From assembly GCF_036321535.1 (NCBI RefSeq), contig NC_087436.1, positions 16,554,001 to 16,618,000 of the forward strand: a DNA stretch of 64,000 nt. The letters run 5' to 3'. The notes under the pieces were generated by a model, which was not told the DNA's origin, made no database searches, and worked only from the letters and a program-made list of their open reading frames with translations. A program made the translations under genes and the position numbers. The stretch is from Camelus dromedarius. Taxonomy: Eukaryota. The first letter of the stretch is position 1. Each line of letters opens with the position of its first letter. Of the stretch, positions 25,900 through 38,029 are shown one piece after another.

Positions 25900-26930
25900 T
25901 CCTCACCCACTCTTCGTCCTAAGCCACTGCGGCATCACCTTCGCTCCCTGCACTCCCCTGGCTGAAACATTCTGATGCCCGAGCATGTCCCTCCTGACTG
26001 CCAAACGCAAAGCACATCCTGTCACTTCACTTAGTGTCTTCTGAGGGCACTGGGCACCAGCCAAGATTCTCTTCCCACAAATCCTTTCCTTCCTTAGCTT
26101 CCACGATCTGATTTCTTTCAGCTTACCTCTTAACTTCTCTGGTTGCCCATTCTTGGTCTGCTTTTCAGGGTCCCTTTCTTCACTCCCTCCTCCCCCATCA
26201 TCATCCTCCTTTGACTCTTCATGGGCAGCCGCATCCACCCGCCCACGGCTTCAACCACCACCCAGACTATGATGACACCTCCAGCCTAGTCCTTTCTTTG
26301 AGTTCAAACCACTTCCAGAACATCTCTATTAGAGAATCTATGGATATTTCACATCCCACAGGTCTAAAACTAACTTCACTTTACTGCCCTGCCCTTCCCC
26401 CTCGCCCCCAGACCACAGACCAGCCTTCAACTCTCCTCTTCAGCAATCCCCCACCTAACTGAATGAAATCACCACCTATACAGTCACCCAGGCAAAAACC
26501 AAGACTCCTGTCTCTCTTCTCTTTCCCCACATTCAACAGAACTGGCAAAACTGTTGACTTTGGTCTAAGCACCTCTGGAACCCAGCCCCTTCAGCCCTGC
26601 CTTCTCTCATTTCTCCCCGGATGAGAGGAATTGAGCTGCCTACGCCGGGCCTCGCCCCCTCCACACAGCTGTCATGCAAGTTTTTAAAAATGTAGATCTG
26701 ATGTCTTTTGCCTGCTTCGCTGCCTTCAGAATAAAGGCCACACTCCCCAGCACATTACATATTCCATCTCCTCTCCTGCCACTTTCCCAGAGGTTCCTAA
26801 GTTAGTGTCATATCAGCATATTTGCAATTTCCTCCCAAACTCATCACACCCTCTTATTCTCGTTCCTTCTTATACTTGAAATAGCCTTCCTCCTCCTCTC
26901 TCCTTACCTCATCTTTACTGCCCAGTCAAG
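25900..26930 (+). mobile_element. L2 LINE fragment
   Basis: C/T-rich; cacggcttcaaccacc...tatgatgacacctccagcc...aaaactaacttc...cagtcacccaggcaaaaacc resembles the L2 3' region. Confidence 0.7.
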
Positions 26931-26949
26931 ATTAATCACTCCTGGCAAG

Positions 26950-27635
26950 GAGGTAAAGCAACAGGAACTTTTGATACATTGCTGGAACTTCCATATATTT
27001 TAAATTGGTCCAGTCACTTAGGAAAAACAGGTGGGTATTACCTAGTGAAAAGCTGACAACATATACATCATATATGCTTCCACCCCAGGAAAGTGCCTTG
27101 GAGAAACGGAGGGACATGGGCACCAGAACATACACTCACAAACATATGTTCACGGAAGTACTGCTCAGCAGCTTAACATGAGAATCAATCCACATACCCA
27201 TCAACAAGAGAATACTGCACAGATGTGGCGTGTTCACATGATGCACTGCTGCCGCACAGTAAGGAAAATGAACAAACATGCTGTGCACAACAACCGGGAT
27301 GCATTTTACAAATCACGGGGAGCAAAAGATGACAAAAGCATACATGCAGTAGGACTTAATCTCTTTAGAGTTCAGTACAGATAAAATTAAACTATACTGA
27401 TTAGGGATGCCTTCATCGGTGGTAAAAATATAAAGGAAAGTAAGTCAGGCTATTGTCACCTTGAGAAGAGCCAGGAAGGGACACAGGATGAGCTTCTCGG
27501 TTGCTGGCAATACTCTATTTCTTGATAGGGCTGGTAGTCACAGGGGTGCTCACTTCATAATAACTCATGGGCTGTACATGTTTTATGAACTTTCTGTAGA
27601 TATACATTTCAGAATTTAAAAATAAGGTTTAAAAA
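26950..27635 (+). mobile_element. Old L1 (L1ME-like) 3' end
   Basis: aaagcaacaggaact...tacattgctgg...atgttcac...cataccca tcaacaagagaat...tgctggcaatactctatttcttga. Confidence 0.65.
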
Positions 27636-27734
27636 ATTATGTCACTCTTCAGTGTACCTGTTGTATCCTGCGCCTACAATGTGCTAATTTCTCAAAATCG
27701 TTTATTCCTTGTCTCTTCTGGTGATTCTTAGAGG

Positions 27735-27898
27735 AGAATGTTTTTCAGTCAGGAGATTTTGTTGTAGGAGGACAGATGCCCAGGCCTCACCACGTTCAAC
27801 TGAATCAGAATCTCCCGACAGTGGGACCAGAACATGGGGGTATTGTTTCCTGATTTCACAGGTGACTCTGAAAACAATCTCTGGTTACAAACTACTGC
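27735..27898. mobile_element. MER5-type hAT-Charlie MITE
   Basis: cagatgcccaggcctcacc...actgaatcagaatctc...caggtgactctga...aactactg. Confidence 0.65.
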
Positions 27899-28776
27899 CC
27901 AGACTGGAAGCTCCCTGAAAACACTGAAAGTGCTGTGTTCACACCACCCACATCTAGCACAGCACCTGGTATACAGCAGGCACTCAAAACTCGTTTGCCA
28001 AAGTAACGACAAAAATGCATATTTCCAAAACAAATCTTATGCCTCGTGGTTTGGGTCTGCATCACTTCTAAGTAAAACATTTGCACAGTGTAGGTGTTCA
28101 TGCTGAATGACCGTGAAAGGTGCAGCGACCGGTTCCTAAAGGATGTCGTGTGTGGTCTGAGACCCTCTTCGGTCATAACAGTCCATCAGGAGGCAATGTA
28201 AGGCACATAGCAAAACAAGCGGGCTTTGAGGGCTGCCTCATACCCACCAACAGATTTTTTTTCACTTCAGACCATCAAAACATCAAAGGTCCACAGCACT
28301 GTAGTGCAATAAATGCAATGTGTCTTTTAATCAATGGAACACATATGTATGTATCTTTACAAATATAGGGTTGTGTGTATTATATATAAATTATATTTTA
28401 TTAGCTAACTCACAGTAACCTCTCAATGTTGAAGATGTCAATTTACTGTTAGAAATTACAAGTAGCTAAATGCAAACTTATGCAGTGGGAAATTCGTTTC
28501 TATGCGTTAGCCTACTTTTCTATCAATTCCTACAAAAGTCTCTCATTGGTTTCTTAAAATATTTACATTAACTTCCTGACACTACTAATTATCTTGTAAT
28601 TATGTACGATTTTTGACATTCATGGCAGAAAATCAGTTATACAAAATTGGGACATTGAGACCATACCTAACTCTTGGAGTAGAAGCAAGCACTGAACTTT
28701 ATGATGAAAAAGAAAACTTGTTTACAAGCCTAAAGTGCAAGGACTCTTCAAGCTTAAAGAAAAGCCCCTCCCACAC

Positions 28777-28804
<28 letters not shown>
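28777..28804. repeat. (CA)14 microsatellite
   Basis: Directly visible. Confidence 0.9.
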
Positions 28805-28807
<3 letters not shown>

Positions 28808-31800
28808 GGTTACACAGAAGAGGAAAAAGAGGAAAGAAAAGAAAGCATGGCTGACACTTTATGTCTAACATCAGCAAAAATCTTAGAAACCTAAACTGTT
28901 TCCTAACTTCTAAAATTGAGGAAAAAAATTACTTCCAAAGGAATGTTACCAAGGAAAATAAATTTGGGAATGCTGCACCTATGAGATGGCTTGCTGTCCT
29001 GAATCAATACGTTTGTGAGACTGTCCTGCTGGGTGGATTACAATGTGCACATCTCCACCTAAAGCACATCGAAGACAAGTTCCCATACCCAGCTGGTTAA
29101 GAAAAATACAAGGTAAGGAAAAGTCAGACTGATTTACTGCTCTGTTGCGGCAAACAACTTAATTGGGTTTTCTACCCAAATCGTACAGTGCCCAGAATCT
29201 AACCTTACGGGAACCAGCAGAACAACACAAAGTACCCTGCTCTCGCCTGGATGCTGTGCCCAGTCTGTGCTCATCTGGTGTGAATTGCTGCCACATTCAC
29301 AGAATGAATAGAACAGCCTTTCCTGCAGGGCAGGGCTGAGGACAAAATGAGATCTTTCGTCTCTATGATTGGTGCTCCTTCAGCATATCTGAAGGCAAGT
29401 GGCTGAAAACAACTTGCCTCCTTAAGTCGCATCCAGTGGTACCAGCTGCGATACCTTCTGCTGAGAAAGGGTAGAAAAGCTCCATCAAACATTTGAACGT
29501 CTAGGAAGAAGTACGGCCATGCTTCAGAATTGATATTTAGGAGGAGTTAAAACCGAAGAAATTATGTAAAAGTAAAACCAAAAATGCTACTCACTAACCG
29601 AAAGTTTTTCCACTGGGAAAAAAAAATCCTCTCTCATCTCCTGGCAGGGTGGAACCTGGAGATCAGATCCACTCTGTTTCTTGCTCCTCAAACCTGAGCC
29701 AACAATCTACAAGAGTTCATCATGACAGTTTTTAATTCTGCTCATTTTGATAAGACTTAAAATGTTTTTACCATCCTATTCTGGAACATGTGAATGGCTA
29801 ACTTCTAAATCAAGCACAGCCAGGCCACTCTGTGTCCACAGCCTCAACTCCTTCTGCATCAAGTGGCATGACTTTGCTGGGCTTTAACGAGGAGAAAGCT
29901 GACTCACTACACGGCATTCTGAAATACAGCACACCGAACTCAGCCTTCAGCACCGCGGCCACACTGGGAACAATTCAGTTAGAGCAATAGAATCTGCAGC
30001 TTTATGTTGCTATTCTACATTTTTATTGGTTATACAGTTTTGTTGGTTTTTAGGTTATCAATTTGTTTGGGTTATATTGGTGTGTAAGACCTATGTGCAT
30101 AAGTACAACTACTTTTATATTTAAGCTACAGTGCATTCAAGGTGATTAAGGCAGTGCTGGGCTTCTGCAACTTGGCTGTTAGGTTTTTACACTGTTTTTC
30201 AATTTTAATTATCCCAAACATTACAAAAGTTTGAGAAACACTGTAATTTTAATGATATTAAGAGATCTTCAAACCAAAACGTGCCCATCTAACAATATTT
30301 GTAAATAAACTGGGGAATAATGGATATATAGGGCCAGTCCTTCAATCGAATCATATCTGAGTAGAGGTAAAATCTCCCTTCAGAGTTTCCCCAGCTTCTG
30401 GAGACCTTTGCTTAACACCTTCCTCCCTTGTCCCTTAAAACTCACTGTGAGTCTAAGAGGAAGACTTGGTCCCATTTCTAAGCAAGTGACTGATCATGAA
30501 AACAGCTCGAAAAGATTCAGTACAAGAGATGAAGGATTCAGAAACCAGATGTTTGTCCAAAAAAGTGGTGATGTTTAGGGGATGGGTGAGAAGTGGAAAG
30601 AGTAGAGGAAAGCATGACCCCTGTCTTAAATGTCTGAAGGGCCACCATGGAGCTCCAAATGGTTGCTCTAGAATTACAGGGGGCGAGTCACAAGGACACA
30701 CATTTTGGTTTAAGACCAAACCACTTGAAGATGACCACCACTTATCAAAGAGCCCCTGCATGCTAGGACTCTGCTAAGTGTTTCATATGCATTGTAAGGT
30801 TCATGTGGAACCTTCCAGCTACTGGCCTTGACCTCTAAACTAAGAAGAGATGAGTTTACTTTGATTTACTTCTTAAGTTCCTTCTCTCACAGACAGAGGC
30901 TTAACGAACTTGAGTATTACCAGTAGTAAGTTTCCATAACTCCTTTTTTCTTTTCTTGATTCCTTAGCAAATGAGGTAAAATACGGTTAAGAGAACAAGA
31001 TGACTGGCAAGGATACTGGGGAAGAGAGCATTAATCACAGCCTTTAGGAAATTATCAGATGGCTATTACTTTGAAATGAGCAAAGTAATCTGAAGTTTGT
31101 AAAACATACACAATAAAGGAAGAAATAAATCAATGACAATATTTTTAAATTTCTACTGTGATATATTTTAGTTGCAATTGGTTATAATTTAGCCAACATA
31201 TAAATAAAAGGTACCACAGTAGGTCGTAACTATAGATTATTTTATTTACATCGAGATGTTAGTAAATGTTATAATGTGATCAAAAGTACTAAAGTTGATC
31301 TCACAAATCAGTATTTTCCCATTCCTTCAGTCTCTAAGACAGCAGCATCCAACAAATTACAGTACAGCTAGTGTACTGCTTTTGGCTGCAGGAGACATGG
31401 CAAATATGATAAAATACCCTGGATTAGAATAAAAATTGCAGCACGTCTTAATGAGTGAAAGCATATTCACCTAAATTATAGCTTTAAGCTATATTTCCAA
31501 CTCAGAATTCAAAAGGTATGTAGATTTTATTTAAACTATATATGAGATAAAATTTCTAAAGATAAAGCTTAAAATAAGAATAAATGCTAAAGATCAACAA
31601 AACTAAGTCTTAGCCATGTCAGAGAACTAACTCAAAGCAGACGCTGAAGACATTAGGGGGCTTAGAATAATCCCGAGATTTAAACACACACGTTCAAAAT
31701 AAAGGTACAAGAATTTGGTTACGAAAGATGTCTCAAGAGAAAACTTCAGTCAGGCATCTCAGACATGAGTGAAATTGATAAGTTGTTAGCATGTAAATAT

Positions 31801-32619
31801 ACTGCATCTTTTCTCTTGAATAAAAACTTATTTCAAAACTGAAACATGAAGGGGCAAGGAACATTTGGCTTTTGCGTGAACTTATTCTACTTCCGCAAAT
31901 CTACCCCATTGTCCAGCTGGCTGTCTTAACTAAGAATGATATTTTTTAGACACCAATACCCACCTACTCCCACCTATCAAAATACCTTATTTATGGCACA
32001 AAAGTAAAATTAATCATCAACGTCACTTGACAGAAGTACTGGTTGATGGGATAAGGGCATGAACAAGATGACGGTGGTCCCAGCCCTCATGGGGCTTGTA
32101 ATTTTCTTTTTCCTGAGAACATTCTATGGGGAAGACCCTCGTATAGATTACTGAGGATTCTAAGAACTCCATCTAAACCTGAGGAACCACATCTGATCAC
32201 AAAACCTGGCCGGTTCTTAAAGACAGACATGGAGACAGACAGATCCTTTCCCTTTCCCATTCCCAGAAGCATCTCCTGAGATCACTGAACCTGAAAGGTG
32301 AGGGGGCCTTAGCAGTCACCGAACCTGACTTTCTCTGTGCAGATGAGGAAACCAAAGCCCGGCAAGGCAGGTCTGCAGAATGTGACCGCACAGACCTTAC
32401 CATGCACGTGTAGAGGATAATGCATTTCACGTCAGGAACCATACACAGATGTGCTAAAACTGTCTTTACACCTACAGTGACTGATGAATGACCGCAACCT
32501 GCATTTCCCAAATAGAAACATCTAGCAGGTATGGCTGCGGCCATGCTGGAGCTCTAGGTTGCTGATCTATAGCCAACGTAAACCTCAGGGTTCAGAATGG
32601 ACCCTGTTGCCTCACGGGT

Positions 32620-32850
32620 GATAGAACAGCAGTTAAGAACACAGACATTCAAAGGCTAAGGAGAAAGGCCTCAGGGTCCAGCCCCACCTCTTCTGACTGG
32701 TGCAAGGGCACAATTTCTTTATCCCCTGGGAGTCTCAACCTCCCCAGCTGTGAAATGGGGAAGACAAAGCAGACTCATTCCACAAGGTGTAACAAGGGTT
32801 AAATGAGACAAAACACATACAATATCTCACACAATGACTGCATGTAAAAC
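32620..32850 (+). mobile_element. MIR SINE
   Basis: gcagttaagaacacagac...ccagccccacctctt...tctcaacctccccagctgtgaaatgggga...ggttaaatgaga. Confidence 0.7.
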
Positions 32851-33828
32851 ATCTTTAAAAATGGTAATAATGCTGAGAAGAAAAGTATCCCTAATCCTTA
32901 GGGTAATGGTTCACTCTATCAACAGAAGAGGTAAAAACAGAAGTGGGGGAGCGTGGACGGCAGGGGGGCGGGGTGAGGAGGAGGAGACCTGGCCGGGCAG
33001 TACACACCCATAGCAACTCCCCCGCCCTCCCTACAGTGAAGAAAGCAGTCTGATCACCCCTGCTCAAGGGAATCTGGTTTCCTCTATTTTATATCCCAGG
33101 ACCATAAAATATCCATTTCCATAGTTTAACGCCTCATGGAATATTGATCTTTTCTCACAACTGCCAGTGTATCACTGTGTCTTCCAAGTAGCTCTTCTCT
33201 TCCCCCAGCCTTTTAGAATTCTTTATTCGTCAAGTGGAAACGTCTCTTCCCACTGCCTCTGGAAAGAGCTTATTACGCAGCTGTGGGATAGCAGGTCTGA
33301 GTCCCCTGTTTTAAGGACATGAGATGAAGAGAAGAATCAGATTTACAGAAGCAAGTCCTGCAGAAGAGTCATTCTCTCCACAATGACGAGTTAGCACATC
33401 ATCTTTGATTTATCTGAAATATAATCCAATTTTTCAAAAGACACATTTTCACAAATATACAGGAACAACCCTATCCAAACTTAACTCCTACAAAACTTCC
33501 CTTGACAATCGACAGACTTGGAGGTAAAATTATTTTCTGGGCTATTTATTATTTAACGAATTTATTGTATGTCCAAGACCCCTAACCTCAGGACACACTC
33601 AGTCTGGAGCAAAAGTCAGACCCAGTATACCACTAATTACAAAGGTAAGTGTTACCTACCAGAGGTAAGAAAAAATGCTGTGAGTAAGCAGAGGGGAGAG
33701 TTATAAGTTTGACCTCAGGCCTTGGCTTCAACATCTGTTCCCCTGGGAAGCCTTTTCCATCATCCTGGCCAGTGTGGTCCTCCCGCCCTATCTCATTATC
33801 ATTTCATTTACACCCCTTCCACTGAAAC

Positions 33829-33830
<2 letters not shown>

Positions 33831-33914
<84 letters not shown>
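33831..33914. repeat. (GT)42 microsatellite, read as (CA)n in the DCLK2 pre-mRNA
   Basis: Directly visible. Confidence 0.97.
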
Positions 33915-33915
<1 letters not shown>

Positions 33916-34890
33916 CTCTCATGTAAGAATCTTGAGGGAAGAAAAACTGTACCCCCAGTACCTGGAACAACAAAAAAATACGCTGTCAATCAACAACTCT
34001 TTGAGACTAATACCCCCGAGGTCTGGTAAGAGACTCCAAACAAAGGTGATACTTGAAGAGGGTCTTGAAGAATCTAACAGTCAGCGGGGTAGAGAAGGTT
34101 TTGCAGATCTAGGATTCAATGTTAAATTACCATGTCCAATCATCACACCTGCCTTACATAAATGTGCACTGCTGTTCACTACTATGTGCAAGTATCGTAT
34201 ACATCTCACGGATTTACACATTGCTTTCCTCACTACAAGTTCCAAGAGCTCAGTCTCTATTATTACCATAAAGATCTATCTTTCAGGAGAGAAAAAAACC
34301 CTATAATCTGAGTTCTTATGGAGACTCATTTTTACTTAAAAGTTAACTGTCACTGTAATTTGGTTTAGTTTAACATCTCAAAGAGACTGACCTAACCAAG
34401 GGGACTCAATAAACTAGGCTGAGTAGGAGAACCTCACAAACTTCAAATTCTTGGTTTTTTTTCTTTTAGAACTTGATTTTTCTTAAATTCAAGTTAACTC
34501 AAGCTAATTTTCAAGTTAACTTAATGGAAGAATGGAATTACAACCTATCAAATTAATCGAAATTCTCTCCCATGCCAAAAAATCTGATCAGCTTATTTAT
34601 TGTTGACTGAGGGTTAAAGGGTATAAACAACATAACATGACCATGACCTATTACCTTGGAATAAAAGAGGCAGAGACAGATAGCTATTATTACTATTTTT
34701 TTTTTTTTTTTTTTTTTTTTTTTGGCTCCTGGCAAACACTTCAGCAGAGCCACATACCCACCCCTTGCTATGCAGGACATTTGCAGCCTTGTCAATTTTC
34801 CAGAAGACAGCTTCTGGGTAGGAAAAAGCCATCACACTCTCAATAAACAACCACTTAGGCAGAGGAAGGGGTATACTTTCAGACCAGAAG

Positions 34891-34928
34891 GGATCTAACT
34901 TAGGTGACAGGATCTAACTTAGGTGACA
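34891..34928. repeat. Perfect 19-bp tandem duplication
   Basis: GGATCTAACTTAGGTGACA twice. Confidence 0.92.
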
Positions 34929-37402
34929 GACAGGACACTGAGGCTGAGATCCAAGGTGAACTTTTCTCCAATCCACAGTCAGTAGAACCTAGGGATGCTG
35001 ACTTGACCAGGCACTGTTTCTACTGTCCTTGGACATCTCCCTTTGGGACATCGACATTTCACAACTGTAGCTTAAATGTTCCAAAGAAGAGAACACTCAT
35101 GGAACAAAACTAAGAGTTCTGACTCTTAGCCCTGAACGTGAGAACTTAGGAACATGTTATCTGGACATCCTCAGTTGTCTGCAAGAGATGCTACATTTGG
35201 CTGGTGCATGGCTTCAGACAGCTCAACCTGATTTTCCCAGTATTGATTGTTAAGACTCACAGTCCTCCTTTGAGAGAAGGTCCCCACCCAGTTCTAAAGG
35301 ATTAAACCGGATTACAGGGATGCACAGAAGCAACTCATTGAAATTAGTGCAGTTAGGGGAGATAAACCAACAGGCTGAAGACATCTGCTGGTTTAGTGTA
35401 GTGCAGGAGTGCCAGCCTATATCTGAACACTATCTTAGTCTTCAAAGACTCTCAAAGTCAAGGGCAGAAGAAAAAATCTGAGCCATGCAAATTTCTTGTC
35501 ACCTGAATTCCCTGGGATTGAGGCTCTGAATAAGCACCTGTGCCTAGCTACCTTGAGTTTTCACTTTCTATTCACTGAAATCATTTTTAAAAAACATTAA
35601 AAAAAAAAAAACTCCTAAACTACAAATTTAATGGGATGGAAAAGGCAAAGGAGAGAACAATTGAACATAATGGTGTAAAAATTATCAGAGAATCTTTATT
35701 TAAAATGATGAACTAAGATGAAATGGTCAATTCTGACAACACAGACAATACCACAGGCCTACTGATGCAAATAATAACTTCACAGGTAGCTGGGTAGTTT
35801 TTCTGCATGACAAATCTGAACAACTGAGCACACAATTTTAATTAAAACTGGAAAGTATTTGAATTCTTGAATGGTTGATACTGCATTGATGGTTCTGTCT
35901 TTTCTTAAAACTGCCTTGAAACAGGGTATTCTACTCATTTTGTGGGAAATTCAAGACTTAGACAAAGATCTATTGTCAGAGAGAATGCCACTATGACAAA
36001 AGTGCACCAATTTCCTTCTTTTGCAGTAATTTGATGATATTTAATACTTCTTGAAATAAGGGGGCAATTGGCTATACTAGGGAAACATTTCTGTGGTGCA
36101 AATATTTGTGTTCTATTAGTATTTTTCATAGACTGTACCTGGAGCTCTACATATGCTTATGGTTCCCCCTCCTCCAAAAATCAGTGAATGAATGAACGGA
36201 GGGATATCTGTCCCCCTTCAATTCATCATTGAGACTACAGTTTGAGAATGAGACTTGGTAAACCAGGCACCACTTGAACAATGTCCAACTGAATGTACAA
36301 TATATGCCTTCAATTAATAAGCATAATGAACACCTAGACCATCTCCCCTATGATGATATTCATTTTTGGAGTACAATCATTTCATGTAGCAAATACACTG
36401 TTAAAACTACTTCAGAGAAGGATAAAACTGTGGTCCCTCCTCAGACCACACCAGGCACAGTATTCCAAGGGTATGTGAGTGTTTAAGCAAAAGGCATTGC
36501 CTGGATCCTTCCATAGGGCTACTAATCTAGCCTTGGGTGAATCAGAAACTTTGTTACTCATTTTTAAAGTATCTAGGCAAATGTTGCTTTTAAGTATGTA
36601 ACATGATAAAGCACCCTTTGAACCATGTACCTTCATTTTATTTATACTCCTCCGGTAGTCATCATCTCCTCAGGAAGGGCTTAAAACCAAAACAGTCAAG
36701 AGAGCAAGAGAATTTGTGAAGTCACAAACACACGCAGAAAAGACAAGTTAGTTTCAGCTGGGTCTTCATCTAGCCAGGGAAGGGAAAACTCTTGACAACT
36801 GTGACTAAACAGAAATCACTTTCAAGACTCTGCAGTGTGGCTACACCTATTCATTAAAAGTGGAGTTGAAAGGGCGTATACTGCAGGTCCTGTGTGACAA
36901 GGCACATTGCTTAAGTTTCCTACATGTGTAAAATGGACATAATGCCTGCAGAACAGAAGAACATGATGAGCTAATATAAGAAAAAATAGCTAGATCTAAG
37001 TTCAGTTTCCTCTCCCTGCCAAGCCAGTATTGCTATGACTACCTGGAATGTGCCATTTGCTTTAAGAAAGATGCATGACAGTAGACTGCGTGTAAACACG
37101 TGGTCAGCACATACTTGGGTTCCATCTGATCTTTACATGTTTACAGCTTCATGTAGGTTCTAAACTACTGGTAATGCCTTCTTTCCCTGAAGAATAAATA
37201 TTGCAGGAATTCAAGGATGACACAACATACAGTCAAGCACTCCCTTTAAGTGAAGCATGGTTGACACTCTATGCTTAATTTATAATAGGCCCCAACTGCT
37301 GATTCCAATAATCTCTATCACCTTAACTAGCTACTTTCAGTAGGTGAGGCACGAGACCTTGATTCACCTAATTACCAACCAAACGTGGAAAACCCTTTAG
37401 CA

Positions 37403-37575
37403 CAGCGGTTCTCAACCTTGGCTGTACATTCAAATCACCTGGGGAGCTTTTAAAATTATACGCCCAGACCACACCCGAAACCAATTACCTCCAAATACCT
37501 GTCGTTGAGGCCCAGACATCCAAATTTCTTAAAGTCCTCAGTGATCCAAAACACAACCAAGGCTGAGAACCTCTG
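37403..37575. mobile_element. MER5A-type hAT-Charlie MITE
   Basis: Terminal inverted repeats CAGCGGTTCTCAACCTTGG ... CCAAGGCTGAGAACCTCTG; internal aatcacctggggagctttta. Confidence 0.8.
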
Positions 37576-38029
37576 TCTAGGATCACCCGTCCTCACCTCA
37601 TGTAACTTCTGCTACAAGTCAAGCCAGGAAAGCCAACCTAGTGTTTCACAGCCACAACTTCTGAGTAGAGCAGGTACCACTGGGTCCAGAACGCTGAAAC
37701 ACCACAGGTGCCTGCACCGAGGTCCACAAATAGGGCTGAACAGACAGCTTATTAGCTGGAGGGTCACCTACATCCTCACGGGAGAGCTCCTCTTACAAAG
37801 AGTTTGCACTTCGATAAAACAAACAAAAACCCCAAAACAAGTTCGCCAATCTTGAGATGTCACCCAAGCCCGCTAGGATTTCTTTCTTTCTTTTTCAAAG
37901 GCAAATCTCTTGGGAAGGACAGTCAGAGGATATATGGAAGCGAGTTCCCACACCCGGAACCTGCGGGAAAGCAGATAGACCCAGACAATTCCCGAGGCTG
38001 CCTAGAAAACACCCCACAGGCTCCCCCAG

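Noticed and set aside
33722..34306. 194-aa ORF and other ORFs with CVCV, HTHT or YIYI runs
   Set aside because: Artefacts of dinucleotide microsatellites.
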